From an uncultured Eubacteriales bacterium (GTDB taxonomy: Bacteria > Bacillota > Clostridia > Peptostreptococcales > Anaerovoracaceae): a DNA stretch of 41,933 nucleotides. Shown here piece after piece: positions 9,833 through 18,232 of this stretch. Where the stretch lies: the NCBI GenBank assembly GCA_902772685.1, contig CACYBO010000080.1:1-41933 (forward strand). The letters run 5' to 3'. The notes under the pieces are model-generated. The model searched no databases, had not been told where the DNA came from, and worked only from the letters and a program-made list of their open reading frames with translations. A program made the translations under genes and the position numbers. The stretch's first letter is position 1. Each line of letters starts with the position of its first letter.

Positions 9833-11050
9833 TTAATTCTCCCCCGGCGTTATGCAAAGTGGCTTTTTGTGCTGCTCAGGCGCCAGCTGTTTCAATTTCT
9901 CGCTCCTTGCAGAATCGCCGTTATACTCCAGAATCTCACATTCAATTTCCAGCAGTTCTTCACTTGGCGACAGGGCAAGGTCTTCCTTAAGATATTCCTT
10001 GGCAAGTCGTGTGTAGTCCCTGAAAAGCACCGTGAGTTCATCATATTTTTTCTCTGCCCGAAGTTCCCGTATCCGGTCGATCTGCGGATACAGCTGTTCG
10101 TATAGCATCATTCTGTCGCCGCTTCTCTTCGCTACAGTAAATGCGCGGTCCTTAGACTTAACAATATCTTCATTTCCTCTGTTTTCCGACAGGGCCTTGA
10201 GATACGAATCAAAAATGGAATCAATCGTAATTCCGCTTTCTTCCAGCTGCCTGATGTAATCTCTGTAAGGTATCGTATCCGAAGAGATGGTAAACTGCTC
10301 TCTTTTTTCTATCAGTGCCGCCCGTCTCCAGTCTTCGCCGTAGAATAACTCCAGATATCTTTCACAGTTCCTCGGTGCAGCAAAGGATTCTCCTTCGATT
10401 GTTATATCTTCAGTTTCCTGAAAAAGAGATTTTGGGAGGTAGACCCTCGGCCTTCTGTATGGACGTACAAAGTACTGTTTTGCAGAAGCATTGCCATACA
10501 CCTTGCACAAATAGGAAAAAGCCCATTTGCCGGGATTTGATTTCATCCTTTTGATCATATGGACTGCTGTAATGGCAGTCTTTTTCTTTCCTGTCAGGTT
10601 CAGAGGCGGGTTGAAAGCGTCGTTCTCCCACCCTGTTTCTATCATATTTGCGAATGTGTTATTGATATCCTCTCTGAGAATGTTAACCGTGACGCGTTTG
10701 CCGGATCTGGAAAAGTCATTTCCTCTGGATACCATAATGTAGGTCGAGTTTTCATCAACATAGTTGACACTGAAGCTCGGGTAAGTATCCGAATTGCCCA
10801 TATACTCAAGCGCCCTTCCCGGGCCCCCTGCTTTGTTTACTGCTTCGATAAATCTGAGACAGTTGTCCAGCGTCATGTAAACAAGCGGGTCCACCAGTTC
10901 TTCCAGCACTCCGCTGCGCAGAGCTCTGATTACAAGATTCGGCCCAAGATAATAATCTATATTGTTTTGTTCGCATATCTCCCTGATTTCAACCAGCAAT
11001 TCAACCGGCTTGGAAAGGGGCTTGTCCTGCTTTATTTCATTTGTGTTCAT
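9833..11050 (-). CDS. LicD-family-like protein with a degenerate active site
   Basis: LicD-like N-terminus (EICEQNNIDYYL) and C-terminal motif (IEGESFAAPRNCERYLELFYGEDW), but GTLxG..RH..PWDDD is absent. Confidence 0.6.
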   Translation of the reverse strand: MNTNEIKQDKPLSKPVELLVEIREICEQNNIDYYLGPNLVIRALRSGVLEELVDPLVYMTLDNCLRFIEAVNKAGGPGRALEYMGNSDTYPSFSVNYVDENSTYIMVSRGNDFSRSGKRVTVNILREDINNTFANMIETGWENDAFNPPLNLTGKKKTAITAVHMIKRMKSNPGKWAFSYLCKVYGNASAKQYFVRPYRRPRVYLPKSLFQETEDITIEGESFAAPRNCERYLELFYGEDWRRAALIEKREQFTISSDTIPYRDYIRQLEESGITIDSIFDSYLKALSENRGNEDIVKSKDRAFTVAKRSGDRMMLYEQLYPQIDRIRELRAEKKYDELTVLFRDYTRLAKEYLKEDLALSPSEELLEIECEILEYNGDSARSEKLKQLAPEQHKKPLCITPGEN

Positions 11051-12657
11051 ACGTCACTATCCTTCAGAATATTCCCAATCTCAAATAGTACAATACCGTT
11101 CTTTGTCGAGTCCGCAGCCTTGTGGTAGAGTTCAAATGCTTTTTCTTTTTCATCTCTGCAGTAATTGTAATAATCACCCAGATACTTCAGGAAATAGCCT
11201 TCCTGCGGATACTTTCTTATGGATTCTGTGATGAATGGTTCGGCTTTGTCAAATAGTCTTTGCTCAATATATGCCCTGGAGAGGAACATGGCCAGACTGA
11301 AATTCTCGGGATACTCTTCGATTAGAGTTTCCGCCTTACGGATTGCATCCTCCTCGCGTCCTAAATCATAATCGGACACCAGTTCCCTGTAATCGTTGAT
11401 GAACGACCGCACCGATTCGAGTTCCTCCGTCAGGGTTCCCTTTCTCAGCACTCTGACATCGAGAAGGCGGTTTGCCTTTGCAATCAGATTGCGGTTGATC
11501 ATCGTCATCAGGACGATATAGAGAGTCTCATCTCCTATGTCAGCATACATTGGATTTACAAATCTCTGAATCCCCGGGAAGTCTTCTCTTCCGACCATCA
11601 TTCTGCTCGTCTGGATCCGTATGTACCGGTTGAAGAATGTCTGCAGTTCATCAAATTTGCCTTCCTTCATGAGGCTTCTCAAATCGAGGTCCGTTTCTCT
11701 GCATTTCTGCTCAGTTTCCATTCTGCACATTTCCGCCTGAGCCCTGACCAGTTCCGCACTTCTCTCGATCCTGTCGCTCATATGATCGAAATAGAACAAC
11801 TTCCGTTTGTTCCATTTCTCTCTAACTGAATCCACATCGATCAGCGGCAGGTAATCATCCTGTATGGTTTCATAATCCACGTCAAGACTGAATATCGCGT
11901 CGTGGGAAGCCTGCTCATCATGAGGCGGTATGAACTCCCAGTCGTCACCGAAATGCTGGACCAGATAATCGCTCGTCTTATCCGGAATACGGCATTTCAG
12001 GCCTTCGAATTCGCCCCATCGCGATCTTCCGTACATATCCTTTTCAAAGAGGAACGTCACTCCGCCCCAGCGGAGTACGTAATAATCGCATTCGTCTTCA
12101 CGGTACGAAAACATCCGCTTCTCCAGCTCCTGAAGGACAGCCTCTCTTCCTTCCTGCCGGATCCGCTCCATAGCTCTGATATATCTCTCCTTGTTTACGT
12201 TGAACCGCAGGCTGTAGTTGACTGTCGGATTGATCAAATCCGAATAGAGCATGAAGTCCTCTGTATACTGTCTGTGGGCTTCAGCGTCAGGAATCGGATC
12301 AAGAACCAGAATGTCGATTACATAACCTGCGTGCCCGTCGCCGAGCACCTCGTTGACGTGGATAGCACATGTGCTCGTGTCCGTATATCTGCCGAAGGTG
12401 TTCGGAAAGTCACGGTTCAGTTCCTGACACTCCAGCACTCTGTCTTCAGGCAGTGAGTCGCGGCAGATATTTACGAATTTATCCCACTCATCTCTTGTCA
12501 TCATAATGTCGAGGTCATCGTCCCATGGGATGAATCCCCCGTGCCTCATCACGCCGATCAGTGTGCCGCCCGCCATGTAGTAAACAATATCGTTCTCGTG
12601 ACAGATATCTATGATTTCTTTGAACAGTTTCAGCAGATGCTTTTGCGTTTCTGTCAT
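11047..12657 (-). CDS. LicD-family phosphotransferase with a C-terminal TPR-like region
   Basis: YYMAGGTLIGVMRHGGFIPWDDDLDI, IDILVLD, FEGLKCRIP..YL..FGDDW; helical TPR-like C-terminus. Confidence 0.88.
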   Translation of the reverse strand: MTETQKHLLKLFKEIIDICHENDIVYYMAGGTLIGVMRHGGFIPWDDDLDIMMTRDEWDKFVNICRDSLPEDRVLECQELNRDFPNTFGRYTDTSTCAIHVNEVLGDGHAGYVIDILVLDPIPDAEAHRQYTEDFMLYSDLINPTVNYSLRFNVNKERYIRAMERIRQEGREAVLQELEKRMFSYREDECDYYVLRWGGVTFLFEKDMYGRSRWGEFEGLKCRIPDKTSDYLVQHFGDDWEFIPPHDEQASHDAIFSLDVDYETIQDDYLPLIDVDSVREKWNKRKLFYFDHMSDRIERSAELVRAQAEMCRMETEQKCRETDLDLRSLMKEGKFDELQTFFNRYIRIQTSRMMVGREDFPGIQRFVNPMYADIGDETLYIVLMTMINRNLIAKANRLLDVRVLRKGTLTEELESVRSFINDYRELVSDYDLGREEDAIRKAETLIEEYPENFSLAMFLSRAYIEQRLFDKAEPFITESIRKYPQEGYFLKYLGDYYNYCRDEKEKAFELYHKAADSTKNGIVLFEIGNILKDSDV

Positions 12658-12658
12658 A

Positions 12659-13966
12659 TTAATTCTTTTCCTTTTCTCTTACCTTCTCAACGATCTCTAT
12701 AATCTTCAGGGCTTCATCCTGGAACACGCCCATCGTGTCGATTCGCCCATTGGCAAGCATTGTAGCTACCGTCTTCAGCAAATACTTGAATCCATTGCCG
12801 TGATAATTGGTATTGTAAATCTCCACCTCATCGGCCTCAGGATCATCAAGCTCAAAGTAACTTCCTCTCCACCAGTTTCCGTTGATTTTAATCGTTCCGG
12901 TGCTTCCGATTATTTCAAGCTGATTCCTGACTCTGACCTTATTACCTACGTTGATGATGACGCGGCCGGAATCGTATTTGAAATCCAGTGAGGCAAATTC
13001 AATACCGTCACTGTCCTTTGAAATCTGTATGTCCACATTGTTGTATTCGCATCCCATGATTTTTACCATAGGGCAAAGGCCCAGAGCCAGCAGATCGTAA
13101 AAGATGTTCTTCCTGTCTCTGTCATTTCTGGAAATCGAACACTGGAAACTCAGTATGTCTCCTATCAGACCGCCCTGGGTCATCCAGAGCAGCTGATTGA
13201 AAACGTGGATGTATACCATTTTGACATTATCAATCAGTATTACATTGTTGTCCTTTGCAAGCTGATAGAGTTTCTTCTGTTCCTCCTGGGAGAAGGAAAA
13301 CGGAGGATCGCAGATTACGTGTTTTTTCTGCGCTATCGCCTTTCTTATGAATTCCGCACGTTTCTCGGTCTCACAGCGAATAAACACAATGTCCACGCCT
13401 GCAAAAAACTCTTCCATATCCGTTGACGCACTGTCGATTCCGTACTTTTCCTTGAAATCAGCAGCGATCTCCTCATCATCGGAGTAAACGGATGTAACTC
13501 TGAATTCATTGAGAGTATTCGCTTCCTTCACAATCTGATTATCATCAACAATATCGGCTATCACTCCGATGTCATAGGTTTTGAAAATTTCGTTGCGGAT
13601 CTGCGTGCTGGAAATGCCCTTTGTTCTCTCCAGATAAACCATATTGCAGTACCTGCTGAGATGGTCAAACTTTCCTTTCCAGTCATCTCCGATCACGAAG
13701 GTGTCGATGTCATATCTGATGATGTCCCCTATCTTCTGCCCCAGATACTCCTCGACGATGATCTCATCGGCCAAGCCGGTTTTTTTGACATTCTCGATTC
13801 TCTCGGCGAGTGTGTCATGAACAGAGAGTTTCCCTCTTCCGATATCATAATTCTCGCCGGTAACGCCGACGATCAGATAATCGCCGTATTCCCTCGCGCG
13901 CTTGAGAATGTTGTAGTGTCCGTTGTGGAACAAATCAAATGTTCCGTATGTGATTACTTTTTTCAT
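12659..13966 (-). CDS. TagD-type cytidylyltransferase fused to a Gfo/Idh/MocA-like oxidoreductase domain
   Basis: [35 protein letters not shown]; C-terminal Rossmann-like region with KHVICDPP in place of KHVLCEKP. Confidence 0.82.
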   Translation of the reverse strand: MKKVITYGTFDLFHNGHYNILKRAREYGDYLIVGVTGENYDIGRGKLSVHDTLAERIENVKKTGLADEIIVEEYLGQKIGDIIRYDIDTFVIGDDWKGKFDHLSRYCNMVYLERTKGISSTQIRNEIFKTYDIGVIADIVDDNQIVKEANTLNEFRVTSVYSDDEEIAADFKEKYGIDSASTDMEEFFAGVDIVFIRCETEKRAEFIRKAIAQKKHVICDPPFSFSQEEQKKLYQLAKDNNVILIDNVKMVYIHVFNQLLWMTQGGLIGDILSFQCSISRNDRDRKNIFYDLLALGLCPMVKIMGCEYNNVDIQISKDSDGIEFASLDFKYDSGRVIINVGNKVRVRNQLEIIGSTGTIKINGNWWRGSYFELDDPEADEVEIYNTNYHGNGFKYLLKTVATMLANGRIDTMGVFQDEALKIIEIVEKVREKEKN

Positions 13967-13987
13967 AATGATTCACCCTCGTTTTCA

Positions 13988-15580
13988 TCAGAATCCCCTG
14001 TATATAAATGCTGATGCATCATATCCGGGTCCGTAGATCCCCACAGCAAGCATTGCCGCGAGCATCAGCAGTATCAGCGCCCATCTCAGCGGCAAAGGCT
14101 TCTCATCCAGCATGTTTCTGACTGCCTCTTCACCTGCACCGCCTTCTTGTCTCGATATCCTCTCTTCATAGATACTGATCATCAGCCAGACAAGACAGCA
14201 TACCGCTATTATCAAATAATCTATTTCAGTGAGCCCAAAGCTCATCATAGTCTCCGCAAACGGCACTCCTGTGTTCAGTCTGAACATGGAGAAGAACATG
14301 CCGATCGCCACTGTGAAGGATGCCGCTTTAGGGAACACTCTCCCGGCAAATACCACGAAGAATGTCCGCACCATTCTGAATCCCTGCCATCCTCTGGATT
14401 TTGCATCTATATGCAGCGCCTCCAGGATTCTCTTGAACACCGGTTCAAGCAAAAGCCCCGAAACGATCACAACTCCGTTGTACAGACCGTACGCTATGTA
14501 TTTGAACTCCGCGCCGTGCCACAGCCCGATCGTCAGGAACGTGCAGAACTGTGCGATAATTACCGGAAACAGTTTACCGACTCTGTCACCCAGTACACTC
14601 CTGAGGTCTTTGCCCATCCTTCCGAAGAATTTTGACATGGCCACCGGATAAAAAATGTAATCTCTGCACCAATGGCTCAGTGATACATGCCACCTGTTCC
14701 AGAATTCGGACAGGTCATGGGCGAAGTATGGTCTGATGAAATTGTGGGTCATATTGATGCCCGCGCACTGGGCCAGGCCTCTCGCGATGTCGATCCCTCC
14801 GCTGAAATCAGCGTATATCTGTATCATATAGAACAGGAGCGCCATAAATACGGCCCCGCCCGTATACTCTGTATGGTTGCCGAATACTTCGTTAACAAGC
14901 ACCGCCACTCTGTCTGCGATGACCAGTTTCTTGAAGAAACCCCAGAGCATCAGCTCTGCTCCGTGCGCCAGATTTTTGAATTCAAATCTGTGGCCTTCAT
15001 ATAACTGCCCCGCGAGCTGATCGTATCTGCTGATCGGTCCCTGCACGATCTGCGGGAAAAACGCAGTAAACAGAGCGAACTGCCCTATGTTTCTGTCCGG
15101 CTCGATCTTGTTTCTGTAGAGATCGAATATGTATGCTGCCGACTGGAATGTATAAAATGATATACCCAGAGGTATCAGCAGTTCCCCGGTGTCAAGCACT
15201 CCCATTGCGTGCAGATAGTATCTGAAGTACTTGAGCACCGCCAGCACGCCGAAGTCCAGCACGAGTATCAGCGCGACCATCCGGCGTTTTTTCTTCTGCG
15301 ACCCGGCTTTCAGCGCCTTCTTGTCCTCGCGTGAAAGCTCCGCCTTGTGCTCCTGCAGATAATCTCTGTGAGCTGTATTGCACTTGCCGATGTACAGTCC
15401 TCCCAGGAACGTTATCACCGTTGTGAAGAGCATGAACACAAAGGTCTTCGGACTGGACAGCAGGTAGAATGCGTAACTCGCCGCCAGAAGCCAGACCCAT
15501 CTGAACCTGACAGGAACAATGTAATATCCGCAAACTGCCGCAGCAGCAAATATTAAAAAGTACAGGGATGTAAACGCCAT
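13988..15580 (-). CDS. MBOAT-family O-acyltransferase (AlgI/PatA/DltB-like)
   Basis: PLGISFYTFQ, FFPQIVQGPI, KKLVIAD, YADFSG, FWNRWHVSL, GLWHGA (catalytic His), C-terminal FIYRGF. Confidence 0.92.
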   Translation of the reverse strand: MAFTSLYFLIFAAAAVCGYYIVPVRFRWVWLLAASYAFYLLSSPKTFVFMLFTTVITFLGGLYIGKCNTAHRDYLQEHKAELSREDKKALKAGSQKKKRRMVALILVLDFGVLAVLKYFRYYLHAMGVLDTGELLIPLGISFYTFQSAAYIFDLYRNKIEPDRNIGQFALFTAFFPQIVQGPISRYDQLAGQLYEGHRFEFKNLAHGAELMLWGFFKKLVIADRVAVLVNEVFGNHTEYTGGAVFMALLFYMIQIYADFSGGIDIARGLAQCAGINMTHNFIRPYFAHDLSEFWNRWHVSLSHWCRDYIFYPVAMSKFFGRMGKDLRSVLGDRVGKLFPVIIAQFCTFLTIGLWHGAEFKYIAYGLYNGVVIVSGLLLEPVFKRILEALHIDAKSRGWQGFRMVRTFFVVFAGRVFPKAASFTVAIGMFFSMFRLNTGVPFAETMMSFGLTEIDYLIIAVCCLVWLMISIYEERISRQEGGAGEEAVRNMLDEKPLPLRWALILLMLAAMLAVGIYGPGYDASAFIYRGF

Positions 15581-15600
15581 TTCAGCTCGTAATTATCTTC

Positions 15601-16695
15601 TTATTTGTTGAACCACTTGGTGAACCTGCGCATCGGTGCGCCCGCACTGATTTTGATTCTCTTAATCTGATATCTGCTCTGTTTCTTCGTTGCATATGCG
15701 TTCGTTCCGTAAGCGAATGCCATTTTCACCTTCGCGGCTTTTGCGGCCTTAATGGTTCTGCTCGTAAACTTGCCGTACGGATAAGCCAGGAATCTGTAGC
15801 CGTACTTGTCGTACATCTTCTGAAAGTCCTTTTTCTGCTTATCGTAGCTGACCCGCTTCAAAGCGGCAGTCCCGCCGATCTTTCTGTGCATATTGTATGT
15901 ATGGCTCTGGAACTCGAGGTTTGGATATTCCTCCTGCACTTTTTTCATGACATCCCTGCCTATACATGCATAGCTTTTAGTCCTCATTACCTTCGTACGC
16001 GTCTTTTTTCTCGTCTTCTTGCCGATCATGAAGATCGTTGCCTTCATGTTGTACTTCTTCAGAATCGGGAGTCCGTATTTGATGACGGAATAACTGCCGT
16101 CATCAAAGGTTATCAGAACGGATTTCTTCGGAAGTTTAATCTTGCCTGTGTACCAGAGATAGAACTCCTCAGTGCTGATCGTCCTGTATTTGTGCTTGTG
16201 CAGCCATTTCATCTGCTTTTCAAACACGGATACTTCAAGGAAGAGGCTGCTGTGTCTCTGATTGTTGCATCTCTTCTCCTTGGCACTTGTGAGCCTGTGG
16301 TATGTAATGATCGGTATCCTTGTGGCGTTCTTGCCTTTGTATGCTTTTGTCGTTGTCTCCGTCGGTGCAGCGGTGGTAGTCTTCTTTGTCGTTGCCGGAG
16401 GCTGCGTCTGTGACGGAGTCTGTGTTTCAGGTTCTTCCGTAGTGGTATCCCCCGGTTCGTCACTTCCGTCGACCCCGTCCGTCTGCAAATCACCCGCCGA
16501 TTCCTGTCCGGCTTCTCCTTCGGTGCCGCCGCTCTCAGGTACGCCGTTAACATTATTGTCCATCTGCTGCCCCAGTTCATCTGAAGACATTGTTGTATCA
16601 TAGTCATTCGCAAACCCGGTGCAAGGCAATGCAATCGTAACCGCCAGAACGAGTGCGCAGATAATCGCGATTCTATTTTTCGTATTCTTCGTCAC
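15601..16695 (-). CDS. Secreted polysaccharide deacetylase (CE4, IcaB/PgaB-like)
   Basis: Signal peptide, acidic/Thr-rich linker, ITYH, TFDDG, QSHTYNMH, AYPYG. Start likely GTG 16695 by RBS spacing; the track gives 16701. Confidence 0.88.
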   Translation of the reverse strand: MTKNTKNRIAIICALVLAVTIALPCTGFANDYDTTMSSDELGQQMDNNVNGVPESGGTEGEAGQESAGDLQTDGVDGSDEPGDTTTEEPETQTPSQTQPPATTKKTTTAAPTETTTKAYKGKNATRIPIITYHRLTSAKEKRCNNQRHSSLFLEVSVFEKQMKWLHKHKYRTISTEEFYLWYTGKIKLPKKSVLITFDDGSYSVIKYGLPILKKYNMKATIFMIGKKTRKKTRTKVMRTKSYACIGRDVMKKVQEEYPNLEFQSHTYNMHRKIGGTAALKRVSYDKQKKDFQKMYDKYGYRFLAYPYGKFTSRTIKAAKAAKVKMAFAYGTNAYATKKQSRYQIKRIKISAGAPMRRFTKWFNK

Positions 16696-16731
16696 AGTCA
16701 ATTCTCCTTTACTGTATCTTCTCTGATGCTG

Positions 16732-16959
16732 TTATTCCTGTGCCCTTGTGATCAGTTCGACCATAGCGTCAACGGAGTTGAAGTTCTCCGGAATCAGATC
16801 CTCTACTGATATCTCAACATCAAACTCATCATTGAATTCTCCGACAATAGCTACGATGTCCAGAGATGCCAGAATGTTATCATCTATCAGTTTTGTTTCC
16901 TTTTCGAAATCTATGTCCCCTCTGATCTCTGTCAGAATCTCAAGTACAGTATCACGCAT
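16732..16959 (-). CDS. Acyl carrier protein (DltC-like, stand-alone)
   Basis: 75 aa, acidic, LIDDNILASLDIV (Ser attachment site), EFDVEI, PENFNSVD. Confidence 0.85.
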   Translation of the reverse strand: MRDTVLEILTEIRGDIDFEKETKLIDDNILASLDIVAIVGEFNDEFDVEISVEDLIPENFNSVDAMVELITRAQE

Positions 16960-18229
16960 TTTTTAACTCCTTCTCTCTCTGTTCACCGAATAAAATATCT
17001 ATTACACGCCTGCTGGCGTTTGCATCATCCAGATAATTATATTTTTTATTGAACTTCACATATTTCTCATCCCGCGAGAACGTACCGTCCGTCAGTTTCC
17101 TGATCTGACTCGCCAGAGACGCTTCCTCTCTGAGGATCGGGCCCGGCAGTTCCGCTATATCAAGGTTGAACCCCCTGATATCCTCTGCGTACTCATCCAG
17201 ATCATACATATAGAACAGCATCGGCCTGCCGAGATTTGCGAAATCGAAGAATACGCTGGAATAATCCGTAATCAGCAGATCCGTAATAGTGTACAGCGGC
17301 GTGATGTCATCGTGTCCTGATACGTCGTATACGAATCCTCTGTATCTTTCGAAATCAAACTGGTTGGCAACAAAGTAGTGCGCCCTGAACAGAACCACAT
17401 AATCTTCACCGAGTTCTCCGCGGAGCCTGTCAAAATCCAGATGTGTATCATACACATATCCTGTTCCGTCGTGCATATTGTCCCGGAATGTCGGAGCATA
17501 CAATATGATTGTCTTTTCCTCTGGTATTCCCAGTTCCCTTTTGATTTCCGCAGCGTAGTCATCGCTGTAGCTGAAGAGAAGATCGTTCCTCGGATAGCCT
17601 GTCTCGATGAGGATGTTCTCCTTGCCGAGTTCCTTCAGGTTGAATGCGCTTGTGAACACGCCTGTGCAGAACGCTGACGGCGATATGAAGTAGTCATATC
17701 TGACTACATCGATATCATTGCGCCACTTTATCTCTTCCAGAGTATTGTTGACATTGCCCTCTTCCGCTTCGATATCACATCTCAGCCGCTTCAGAGGCGT
17801 CCCATGCCACGTCTGCAGGAATACCTGACCTTCCCGTTTGACGATCCTGTTGTCCAGATTTGAATTCGTGATGATGTACTTTGCTCTGGCACAGATATCA
17901 AAGTATTCCTTTGACTTCATCTGCACAATCTCAGCCCTCTTCAGCGCTTCGAACTCCGAGGCTTTATCCGTATCAATAAAAGCCCAGATCAGCCTGTAGT
18001 CATCGAATTCAGGACTGCTGATCATCCGTTCATAAATAGCCTTCGGGTTGCATCCGTACTGCCTGCCCATGAATGTCTCGAACAGAACCATCTTTTCATC
18101 CAGCTCGATACCTTTGGTTTTTCTTATATACTTGTTCTCCTTGTAAGCCCCATAATGCTTTCTGACGAACATTCTGAGCTTATGGTGCTTCTTCAGGTAA
18201 TTTCTGATGTGCTTTTTAAGTGTCTCCAT
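16952..18229 (-). CDS. tagF: CDP-glycerol:poly(glycerophosphate) glycerophosphotransferase (TagF family)
   Basis: CNPKAIY, QTWHGTPLK, GYPRND, LYAPTFRD, LITDYSSVFFDF. Confidence 0.88.
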   Translation of the reverse strand: METLKKHIRNYLKKHHKLRMFVRKHYGAYKENKYIRKTKGIELDEKMVLFETFMGRQYGCNPKAIYERMISSPEFDDYRLIWAFIDTDKASEFEALKRAEIVQMKSKEYFDICARAKYIITNSNLDNRIVKREGQVFLQTWHGTPLKRLRCDIEAEEGNVNNTLEEIKWRNDIDVVRYDYFISPSAFCTGVFTSAFNLKELGKENILIETGYPRNDLLFSYSDDYAAEIKRELGIPEEKTIILYAPTFRDNMHDGTGYVYDTHLDFDRLRGELGEDYVVLFRAHYFVANQFDFERYRGFVYDVSGHDDITPLYTITDLLITDYSSVFFDFANLGRPMLFYMYDLDEYAEDIRGFNLDIAELPGPILREEASLASQIRKLTDGTFSRDEKYVKFNKKYNYLDDANASRRVIDILFGEQREKELKNA

Positions 18230-18232
18230 AAT

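Noticed and set aside
13988-16959. Calling the MBOAT and ACP dltB and dltC
   Set aside because: No dltA, dltD or dltX; the MBOAT is the longer AlgI/PatA type with an integral tail motif
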